Below the pieces are notes generated by a model, which had not been told where the DNA came from, made no database searches, and was given only the letters and a program-made list of their open reading frames with translations. From Trichoplax adhaerens (Eukaryota; Animalia; Placozoa), in assembly GCF_000150275.1 (NCBI RefSeq), contig NW_002061110.1, positions 1 to 10,364 of the forward strand: a stretch of DNA of 10,364 bases, read 5' to 3'. The translations under genes and the position numbers were made by a program. Positions 1 to 9,130 of the stretch are shown here, in pieces; the stretch's first letter is position 1, and each line of letters opens with the position of its first letter.

Positions 1-977
1 ATAGACGACATGCTATACATATAAAAATATTATCTCAATCCCATCTAAAACCTATAAATACCCTTGTACGCTAACTCGTTAGTCAGTTCCTGCGTTCCTG
101 CTATCTCAAATACCTTATCTATAACAACCATATCATTGTTAGCCTGTAACTTGTATCTCAATAAAATCCTTTATACCTTCCATCATCGTCTACCTTAAAA
201 TACTTTACGCTACTTAAAGAAGATATTATTACACAACTACGATAAAAGAGCACCGACATAGCTAAGAGAATCTTATTAGATTTGTTTTTATACGATCTAA
301 TTCATAATTTAATAAACCAGAGGTTCAAAATTTGGATAGAAAAGCAAGTTCACACCGTTACTAGAAAAAGGCATAAAGATGTTATAATATTATACGAGAT
401 ATCTCGTACATGGCTAACTGTAGCCAATGTTTAATGAATGAGTTGCCGTTGTTATTATCAACCTATCCATGATTGTAGCTATAATAGTGGATTCAGGACT
501 TGGATTGTACGTGTATTTTTTAGTTACATACATTCCCTATTCACTTACAAAAATGTTACTGAATTGAGAGCATTTAAGACAACATTGACTACGGTCGCTT
601 AATTAATGAGCTAATCTAGCATACAAGTGTAAGGTGTTTGCTAGTGAAGGCTATTAAATACATTTTCGTAGCTTAAAACAACAGTTTTACATCGTAGTAA
701 AACATTGAAAAATCTGCAAGAAAATGCGTACAGAGACATTGAAAAATGGATACATTTTCAAACACAATTGCGAATAATCTATTGAGTGCTAAGGCCTTAT
801 GATTAGCTATCCTAATACATAAAGAATGTACTGTATATGTCTTCCATCCATTATAAAATTAACTTTTGTCTATAGTATAATATTAATCATATGAAGTAGA
901 ACTAAGCTCATATACTTGAATATGAAGGAAAATAAGGGCAATCCAGATTGAGCACAAGTTAGAACGCTATTAATAGG

Positions 978-2219
978 TTACAGTTTTGGAGTCAGTTTAA
1001 AGCATAACTTGAAAGCTTCCTGTGGTATATCATAATGCCAGTTGTCATGGGTAATCGTCAGTGCTCCAACTCGACCTATTTCATCAGAAGATTTTGCAGC
1101 GTATCCATTGCCACCACTTAATAACACCATATTTTCAGTTATTTTATCAATCATGACATGGCTATGTGGTGTAATTGTATAAGCACAACCATCAGGTTTT
1201 ATGGACACTGGCTTAAATCCGGGTAGAACACTGAGCATTGCTTTAGTTAATATATCTGTAGTTTTAGGATCACCGTGGCCATGAAACCACTTAAGTACGT
1301 CCTTATGAGTAGGCATTATTTTAATTAAATCACCGCCATGACCGATTTTTAGATAATATTGACCGTCTGGATAAAGAACTGGAGGCAATGAATACCAGTA
1401 TTGCATCGGATCTTCTGGGCATAGATATACCATACATGGCATGTTGCTATAACGCTGTCTGTCAGCAGCATTGACTTGTAATTTAACTACAGTTTGTGTG
1501 CCACATTGAATGTCTAACCGTTGGCGAATGTCATCCGGTATAATTTCTTTAAATAAGGTAAAGGCTCCCGTTGCTACTACGATTTTACGACTGGTGATAA
1601 CTTTATTGGTTTCGGTGATGATTATATAATCGCCGTCGTTATTTCTACTGACCTTATTGACAATCTCTCGAACGAGAGTACAGCCATTATCAGTAGCTGC
1701 TTTTATTTCCGCTTCTACTTGGCCACGAGGAGAGATATAACCAGCATCAGTGGACTCATATAATCCAATAAAGTGATGAGGAACTTGTAAGTAAGGAAAT
1801 CGTCGTTTTAACTCAGTATAACTTAATTGTTCGTAGTTAAACCCAATCATTTCTGCTACTTTGTTGATTTGAGCAATTTTAGGATCATCTTTGGATCCAA
1901 GGACAAGAAATCCACGTTCATGATAGTATTGGACACCAGTAGCTTTCTCCAATTGTCGATAACGTGGTATCGATCGATTAGCTAATTGGCACCATACCGG
2001 ATCTGCATCGAGATGTCTAGTAATTCTACCTTGATCATAATATGCAGCGAAAACACTTCGACCACTCTGATGGCGTGGTACTGTTGGCTCATCAGGGCCG
2101 ACAAGGCATATTTTACCCTTGTAAATTTGGGTTAAATGGCGTGCACAAGCAGATCCCATGGATCCAGCACCAATGACAGTGATATCGTAGTGACCAAGTG
2201 TGTTGTGACGATCTCCCAT
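978..2219 (-). CDS. FAD-dependent oxidoreductase, sarcosine oxidase/PIPOX-like (DAO fold), paralog 1, 413 aa, ends in -PKL
   Basis: Uninterrupted ORF. N-terminal Rossmann motif YDITVIGAGSMGSACA; GRITR (two Arg equivalent to MSOX R49/R52); VVATGAF; YLKIGH; GCAYT (equivalent to the MSOX CMYT flavinylation site); GGNGYAAKS (equivalent to MSOX SGHGFK). Start context aatcaaaATGG. Confidence 0.93.
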   Translation of the reverse strand: MGDRHNTLGHYDITVIGAGSMGSACARHLTQIYKGKICLVGPDEPTVPRHQSGRSVFAAYYDQGRITRHLDADPVWCQLANRSIPRYRQLEKATGVQYYHERGFLVLGSKDDPKIAQINKVAEMIGFNYEQLSYTELKRRFPYLQVPHHFIGLYESTDAGYISPRGQVEAEIKAATDNGCTLVREIVNKVSRNNDGDYIIITETNKVITSRKIVVATGAFTLFKEIIPDDIRQRLDIQCGTQTVVKLQVNAADRQRYSNMPCMVYLCPEDPMQYWYSLPPVLYPDGQYYLKIGHGGDLIKIMPTHKDVLKWFHGHGDPKTTDILTKAMLSVLPGFKPVSIKPDGCAYTITPHSHVMIDKITENMVLLSGGNGYAAKSSDEIGRVGALTITHDNWHYDIPQEAFKLCFKLTPKL

Positions 2220-2304
2220 TTTGATTAAGTGGTCCAGGGTTTAATTTTAAATTAATGCTTGCTGTCAGACACTGTCAATAGATGGTAAAATGGAGACTAA
2301 TAAT

Positions 2305-2670
2305 CACCGTTTCTACCACACTTGTAGCAACAATTGAAGGAGAAATAGCTGAACAAGCTAAGCGCTACTAGGACAACAGTCTAGTGTAACTGAGTAAGAA
2401 ATGCTTGCTGTACTTCTACAATGTTCGCTGTGTTGTTCAAGTTGTTGTCTCCGATAGGCAATTGTCCCAACGTTAGTTGTAACCGCTTGAAGAAGTTTCT
2501 CACCAAGCCCAACGCCACTTCGACAACAGTTTACTGTCACTGAATACTGTAATACTTGGCGTAGCTCAACGATGTTAGCTATGCCTAGCTATCGACACCG
2601 TCTTGTAGCAACCACTTGAAGAAGAAGTAGAAGCAATATTTCAGCAAGCCTAACGCTACCAAGTCTAGCG
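2305..2670. repeat. Diverged tandem repeat, ~141-150 bp unit, ~2.4 copies, just upstream of paralog 1
   Basis: ttgaag...caagc..a.cgc.ac recurs (caagc at 2354, 2504, 2645); gacaacagt.ta.tgt.actga at 2372 and 2522; cttgtagcaac at 2321 and 2602. Confidence 0.75.
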
Positions 2671-2854
2671 ATAGAACAGTAATAGCTGTCTATTTGCTAG
2701 AACAGCTAAAATGATGAAATCCGTATGGTATTATACTAATCATTTATGGGTGTTTACTGCATAATATAATAAAACGTATGGAAGAAACGAATGCTTGGTC
2801 CCTATGCAATGTATTGCAAATAAGGGATAATAGAGTGCACTCTATGTTTTAATG

Positions 2855-2891
2855 AAAGCACTATGCAAATTAATTAAAGCACTATGCAAAT
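2855..2891 (+). promoter_or_regulatory. 16-bp direct repeat aaagcactATGCAAAT x2, each with a canonical octamer (candidate POU sites)
   Basis: Exact copies at 2855-2870 and 2876-2891. The repeat is seen directly; a regulatory role is inferred. Confidence 0.35.
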
Positions 2892-3122
2892 CATGAAAAG
2901 TATTGAACTGAATGTGAAATATTCAATACGTAGCTCCAAATGAATAAATTACTATGCAGGAATAAACCAACTGAAAGATGTCAATTAAGAATGAGTTATT
3001 TTATTTAATGATTTTGTAAAATGCCTAGCGATTTTTGAATAAACACGGTAGCATTATTATTAGCTTTGCATTGCAGGGGTAGAGTACAGGATTAGCTACT
3101 ACTGCAGCTAGATACTCAGATC

Positions 3123-3945
3123 GAATCAGGTTCAACTCGTATTTTACTACCTAGAGCGGCTCTTAAACTGTAGATTAGTCATCGATCAGTTATAACGATA
3201 TTATTTTCTTTGGCATTTGTGTGTTATATTCGATATGGCTTAAAAACTAATTACCTGAACCCTTAGTAGCCTTCCAATGTAAAAAATTGTAGTTGAAACT
3301 CCTATAATTGTATAAATTGGTTGAATCAGGTTCAGTTCGTATTTTACTGCCTAGAGCTGCTCTTAAACTGTAAATTAATCATCGATCAGTTATGACAAGA
3401 TTATTTTCTCCTGCATTTCAGCCTTCCAATGCAGAAGTTGTAGTGAAGACTCTCATAATTGATTGATCAGGTTCAGCTCCTATTTTACTACCTAGGATTG
3501 CTCTTAATTAGTAGATTAATCATCGATCAGTTATGATGACATCATTTTCTCTGATAATTGGATGTTAAAGTCGTTATGGCTTAAGAACTGCCCGAACTCT
3601 TATCAGACTTCCAATGCTGTAGTAATATGTTAGTTAAGGCTCCTATAATTAATCCTGTAATTGGTTGATCAGCTTCTGGTCATAATTTACTACCTAAAGC
3701 TGCTTTTAAACTATAGATTATTCATCGATTCATTATGACGATATCATTTTCTTCGGCATTTGTGCCTTAAGAGTCGTTACGGCTTAAAAACGAACTACTT
3801 GGACTCTTCATCAGCCTTCCAATACGAAAGCACTGTGTAGAATTTGTAGATCAGGTTCAGCTCATATTTTCATTACCTACAGCTGCTTTTAAACTGTAGA
3901 TGAATCAGCCACGGCAATATTATATTCTCCGGAATTTTGTCTGTT
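3123..3945. repeat. Diverged tandem repeat, ~200 bp unit, 4 full or deleted copies plus a partial fifth
   Basis: Core atcaggttca..tc.tattttactacctag...ctcttaaactgtagattaatcatcgatcagttat starts at 3125, 3325, 3466, 3668 and 3850 (periods 200, 141, 202, 182). (g/a)cttccaat also recurs in four units. Confidence 0.92.
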
Positions 3946-4914
3946 AATTAAAGTTGTATTAAAGTCTTAATCCAATAACATTAGCCGATAGCTTTGACGC
4001 TCCTAATTTTAATTTATTCCATACACCTAGTTGCAGATTCGATGGATTACAATTATTATCAGAAACTATCATTCTTGCCCAAACATCCTCCATATGAGCC
4101 AAAATCATCCGTATAGCTGTAATAAATGTGTCTCACAATAACTGTCTTAGTCAATGGTATTTTCTAAAAGCTTTAGTACAACGTTTTAGAAATAGTAGAG
4201 CAATAATTGATTACTACAAGAATCTAATCTACAATCTAAAGTATTCCGAGCCGAAAGTGAAGTAAAGTCTCTTCTCTCTCTGAAATAATTTCATAAAACC
4301 CATTTATGACAACTTAATTAATCTACAATCAGATATGAGTCATCAAATAGAATACTTTTCTTGAAATAGAACATCATTATCTTCTCCAAACTGAAGCATT
4401 CTACTTAAGATATCACTACTCTTCTATCAATGTCCAGCACCTTTCGGTGTTGGGCATCTTCACAATGACAGTGCTCTAGTCATATGAATAGTCAACTGGC
4501 TAATATTAGTCATCAGAAATTTCGAATACAGTAGTTATCAATCATCTAATATTAGCTTTACGATAATATCTATTCTTAGTAACCTAACTGTATCAAATAT
4601 AGCAATTAACACAATCAAGTATAGCTATCCTTATAATCAAATATGGGGCACATCACTACAACGGCATCGTACAAATTACCGCGTATCCATTATTTTTGGC
4701 TACTTAAATGGATCATGAGGGAATAGGAACATTAAATTGATAAATCTAGAGACAAACTGATGACTTACGCACGAATATCATAGTCCGCGAAATACAACGT
4801 GTATCTGTACTTTAGTAAAGGGTACTAAGCTCATTACCGTGGGTTAAATTAAGATAACTAATTTAAATAGCATTGATCAATTATTAATGCATCGCTGTAC
4901 TTTATTATCTGGAG

Positions 4915-5120
4915 GCTAAATTATTTAGTCAATCTAACGATAGCCAAAGTTAATAAAAATAATTTAAGCATTATTTAGTTATCAATTATATAATTATCAT
5001 ATTACAATCCTGCAAAGAGATTTAAAGAATAATAATACACAACACTACACTGTATGATAGTTTCAAGTATAATTTAAATTGTTTACCGTAAATATCGAAA
5101 TCCAAGATTTATTCATGATT
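4915..5120 (-). pseudogene. Remnant A: last ~22 codons plus 3' flank of a lost oxidase paralog
   Basis: 5054-5120 aligns with 6827-6894. With one -1 frameshift the minus strand reads IMNKSW/xFDIYGKQFKLYLKLS versus paralog 2 IMNESWNYDISSEEFKLCLNSS. 4915-5050 resembles 6686-6825 (tcaatctaacgatagccaaagtt vs tcaatttaacgatagctaaagtt). Confidence 0.75.
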
Positions 5121-5273
5121 ACTTAAGGTTAAATTAGGTAGTCAATTTAACGATAATTATGGTTGATAAATTAGAGTAATTTAATCTATATTTATCAATT
5201 ACCATATTATAACCCTATAAAAAGATGACCTATTAAAAAAGTGATACACAACACATCATGCTTTCAAGTATAA
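5115..5273 (-). pseudogene. Remnant B: 3' flank plus last ~5 codons and TGA of another paralog copy
   Basis: acttaaggttaaattagg..tcaatttaacgata is shared with 6680-6714; aagatgac and acacatcatg..ttcaag.ataa match 6786-6845. Homology stops abruptly at 5273. Confidence 0.75.
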
Positions 5274-5304
5274 CTAGTGCAAACTCCCGTCGCTTTACTG
5301 ACGG
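5274..5304 (-). mobile_element. Probable Helitron 3' terminus (hairpin + CTAG|T); the element would extend toward higher coordinates
   Basis: Minus strand reads CCGTC-agtaaagc-GACGG-gagtttgca-CTAG|T: a GC-rich stem 9 nt before CTAG, followed by host T. It begins exactly where remnant B breaks off, at an A|T site of the intact gene (minus strand tttaaa|ttat). Confidence 0.55.
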
Positions 5305-5400
5305 TTTACGATAATGTGCTCATTTAACAGAGGTTCAGTAACTATCAGATCGCTGACTAACGAACATTATCCTCTTAGAAATACTTTTTGTAATATGATA

Positions 5401-5970
5401 TATAGCAATCAAAAATAACCGGGACAGGGGAACTATAGTAGGGTAACACTACGAATTGCAAGAGAGCAATAGAACTCAGAGTACCTACTGATGTGTATCA
5501 ATCACTTTTCAAATTTCGTTAAGTAACTTTCGTATTAGTATGTTTACCAAATAAGGATGGTTACTATATACAGTATAGAAATCAAAAGTAATTGGGACAG
5601 GGGAACTACAGTAGGATAACACTACGAATTGCAAGAGAGCAATAGAACTAATAGTACCTACTGATGTGTATCAATCACTTCTACCTTCTCAATAATATTT
5701 ACATAAATCCTAGAGATCATTCATTTCTATACCAATTCAAATTTCGTTAAGTAACTTTCATATTAGTAATCGGGACAGGGGAACTACAGTAGGATAACAC
5801 TACGAATTGTAAGAGAGCAATAGAACTAATAGTACCTACTGATGTGTATCAATCACTTCTACCTTCTCAATAATATTTACATAAACCCTACAGATCATTC
5901 ATTTCTATACCAATTAAGTACTTTCGTATTAGTATGTTTACTGAATAAGGATGGTTACTATATACGGTAT
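5401..5970. repeat. Recent tandem repeat, 3 copies, ancestral unit ~228 bp
   Basis: Near-identical core gggacaggggaacta.agtagg.taacactacgaattg.aagagagcaatagaact...gtacctactgatgtgtatcaatcactt at 5421, 5594 and 5772. Confidence 0.95.
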
Positions 5971-6824
5971 TAATGCTATGTTAAGGTTGGTGAGCGAAAC
6001 TTTCAAATATACGTTTATGGTCAATTTGTTAATAAAATTAACAGATAGTATTATCATTCGATATTATATATATCCTAGTAACAGTAATATACTATGCTAT
6101 ATTAAGATTAGTTAATGGTCCAGAGCACATTATGATAACTAATGTACGGTGATGGACATACCAAGTTAAGATTAGCAGGTACTGTAAGATATCTACAGTG
6201 CGGTAGAATGTCCTTCGTACTGTGGTCAATTCTATACCAATCATTATAATGTGTCTAAGGATCGCTGTCGTATGCAAGCAAAGCTTGCTCTGTCGATAAC
6301 AACCGTTATAAGAAAATGTAACAATCAAAATGGCTGTATAGAAAACTCTATAAAGATTCTATGTTTATTCAATTTTCATCAGAATATTACATGAAATCAA
6401 AATTTAAAGGCCCAGTGGCCACCCTTAGCGATATAACGAATACTATTTTAATAATCAGTACTCTGCAGAAATTACTACCTTAGAGCTATTCGTTTTACAT
6501 GAAGAAATCTTGAGGTTAAAAGTACTGTAAGAATCTTATACTGACCTATTGAAATGAACCCATAATCAGAGTCATTTAACAGTAGTATAAATACCCCCGC
6601 GCTGCTCATTTCAAGGAAGGGTGGGTGGGATTACTACTCCTCGCTAGAAATGTCGTAATTCTAAGAGTCATTGATGATAACTTAAGGTTAAATTAGGCAA
6701 TCAATTTAACGATAGCTAAAGTTGGTAAAGTGAGCAAATCCAAGGTTCAATAATCTTTATCGATTATCTATTATAATCCTACAAGAAGATGACAAATTAA
6801 GAGAAAATACTTATATACGACACA

Positions 6825-8054
6825 TCATGATGAGTTCAAGCATAATTTAAACTCTTCACTGGAAATATCATAATTCCACGATTCATTCATGATTGTTAAA
6901 GCACCAATTCTGCCAAGTTCATCTGCGGATTTAGCTGCATGACCATTACCACCAGTTAGTAACACCATACCTTCTGCGATGTTACCAATCATAACATGAT
7001 TATGAGGGGTAAGAGTATAAGCACAACAATCTGATTCTATAGAAACTGGCTTAAAGTGGGGCAGAAAGTGATTTATGATGTCGACTAAAGTGTTTTTTGC
7101 TTCAACATCACCAGTGCCATGAAACCATTCTAATACATGCTCATAATTGTTTATTTCGCGAATAAAATCTTTGCTATGGCCAATTTTAATGTAATATTTG
7201 CCGTTGGGATAAAGAATTGGTGGCAACAAGTACCAATCTCCATTCTGTTGACTAGAGTTGCGGTGTAGAATACATGGCATACCAGTATAATCTTTTAACT
7301 CGTCTTCACTTACTTGTAATTTTACTACAGTTTGAGTACCACATGTAATAGCCAACTTTTTACGAATATCGGTTGGTATGATGTCTTTAAATAATGTAAA
7401 AGCACCTGTTGCGACTACAATCTTTTGGCTGCTTATAACCCGATTGGATTCCGTTGTAATAATAAATTTTCCATCTTGACTTCGTTGAACTTGATAAACA
7501 ATATCTCTGATTAATTGGCATCCATTATCCATAGCAGCTTTTATTTCTGCCTTGACTTGACCTCGAGGAGAAATATAACCTGCAGAATTGGCTTCATAAA
7601 ATCCGATATAATCATCGGCGAGATGAAGATAAGGGAATCTAGACTTTAAGTCCTTATTATTTAATCGATTGTAATTAATTTGCAAGTCTTTAGCACACTT
7701 TTCGATTTTTCCCCAAATGATATCCTGTTTGGGTCCAATGATGATCGATCCAACTTCACTATAATATTGAATACCGGTTGATTCTTGCAGATGTGGATAA
7801 CGTGAAATGGAGCGATCTGCTATTCTTGACCAAACAGGATCAGTATCTAAACGTCGTGTAATTCTTCCTTGGTCATAATAAGCAGCGAAAACGCTGCGAC
7901 CGCTTTGACTACGAGGTAAAGTGGGCTCATCAGGGCCAATAAGGCAAACTTTCTTTCCCTTGTAACATTCGGCTAAATGGCGTGCACAAGCAGATCCCAT
8001 GCAGCCAGCTCCAATCACTGCAATATCATAGCTATTCTCTTCATTTTTTTCCAT
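6825..8054 (-). CDS. FAD-dependent oxidoreductase, sarcosine oxidase-like, paralog 2; probable start at Met17 of the listed ORF (409 aa)
   Basis: Colinear with paralog 1: YDIAVIGAGCMGSACARHL, SGRSVFAAYYDQGRITR, AGYISPRGQV, CCAYT, GGNGHAAKS. The ATG at 8054 (aagATGG) has better context and gives an N-terminus matching the other paralogs. The ATG at 8102 is an alternative. Confidence 0.92.
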   Translation of the reverse strand: MEKNEENSYDIAVIGAGCMGSACARHLAECYKGKKVCLIGPDEPTLPRSQSGRSVFAAYYDQGRITRRLDTDPVWSRIADRSISRYPHLQESTGIQYYSEVGSIIIGPKQDIIWGKIEKCAKDLQINYNRLNNKDLKSRFPYLHLADDYIGFYEANSAGYISPRGQVKAEIKAAMDNGCQLIRDIVYQVQRSQDGKFIITTESNRVISSQKIVVATGAFTLFKDIIPTDIRKKLAITCGTQTVVKLQVSEDELKDYTGMPCILHRNSSQQNGDWYLLPPILYPNGKYYIKIGHSKDFIREINNYEHVLEWFHGTGDVEAKNTLVDIINHFLPHFKPVSIESDCCAYTLTPHNHVMIGNIAEGMVLLTGGNGHAAKSADELGRIGALTIMNESWNYDISSEEFKLCLNSS

Positions 8055-9130
8055 CTTCCGTCTCTGCACTATACTATTACTTCTATTCGAACAATCATAC
8101 ACATAACAATCTTATGATAATTTGGATTGGATACAAGAAATATCTTAACAAATCCCTTGTACTATCTAGACTGTTACGAAATGCTAATTCTCGTATCTTA
8201 TTCACATTAAATCAGCTTAATATGTGCAAGCATTTCCAACCAATCTTGTAGGAACATAACTTAAGCACATGAGTTATTTTATAAAGCTAGAATAGCCCTT
8301 ACACGTTCCATGGCTTTCGTTCTATTACTTTTACTTGCTGTTCTAGTACTCTTAAATCCGTTAGTTTATCGCGATGAAATTGATTTGTTTACTGCATAAA
8401 TTAAGTAAAACTTACAGGGCGTGGCAGTTGTAACATTCCGTTCTCGATGCTGTGTTACAGATCACAAGTGCTCATACAAATTGATATTACTGTATAATGC
8501 TGTGTGGCAATATATATAGCAATCTCTATCGTGCATACGCGAGCAGACTGCAGCATATAGTCCATCACGTTATCTAGTTGTACTCGTATAGATTACTTTT
8601 AGTCTCTGGAATCGATTAATTAATTATCATCTGGATGCTCATCGTTTCTAGAATAATTTGATATTAGCAAGTAAATTGAATGGAATAGTGCTAAGTATCA
8701 GTACTTGAGCTAATAATTAACCTACAGTACTGGATAGTAGCTGCTGACTGAAGATTCATCAAATTTCAATCTTGCGAAGCTCGAATACTTGCAATCGAAT
8801 GATCGTCGGGTGACTACGTGTTATTAAGATTTAGCTGTTTAATTTTAAGAACACTGTTGCAACAATAATTGTGAATATTACAGTATTTTTATTGCTATTG
8901 TGCCCGTATAATAGTGCAATCTACAAAATCGGATATTAAATCGGTACTTTTGCAGTGCTGTAAACAAATAATCGGATCAAAAATTGATACTACTGTGCTG
9001 TGTTGTAACGTATAATCTTATCTAAAGTTTTCAATTTTATGGTGCTGCAACGATTATTGTAACCGTTATTTGTAGTACTATACGATACACACATTAATAT
9101 AGACTCTGTAGAATCGCTTCTAAAATCAAT

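Noticed and set aside
2358-2540. 60-aa minus-strand ORF
   Set aside because: Lies inside the ~150-bp repeat, has no recognisable domain and no ATG start.
4634-4660. taatcaaatatgggg resembles the start contexts of paralogs 1 and 3
   Set aside because: Only ~15 bp of similarity; the downstream translation is unrelated to the oxidases.
3123-5970. CRISPR interpretation of the two main arrays
   Set aside because: Conserved parts are 70-90 bp, the intervening sequences are homologous to each other rather than unique spacers, and no cas genes are present.
6092-6328. 78-aa minus-strand ORF
   Set aside because: Non-ATG start and no motif; consistent with chance.
6472-6488. ttactaccttagagct resembles the 200-bp repeat core
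   Set aside because: Too short in AT-rich DNA, and similarity does not extend to the flanks.
6594-6647. GC-rich patch ending in CTAG as a second Helitron end or G-quadruplex
   Set aside because: No clean stem, CTAG is followed by A rather than T, and there are only three GGG runs.
6825-6827. TGA of paralog 2 as selenocysteine or readthrough
   Set aside because: It lies within a few codons of the paralog 1 end, the extension is not homologous, and I see no SECIS element.
7982-8251. 89-aa plus-strand ORF
   Set aside because: Antisense to the 5' end of paralog 2, GTG start, no protein-like features.
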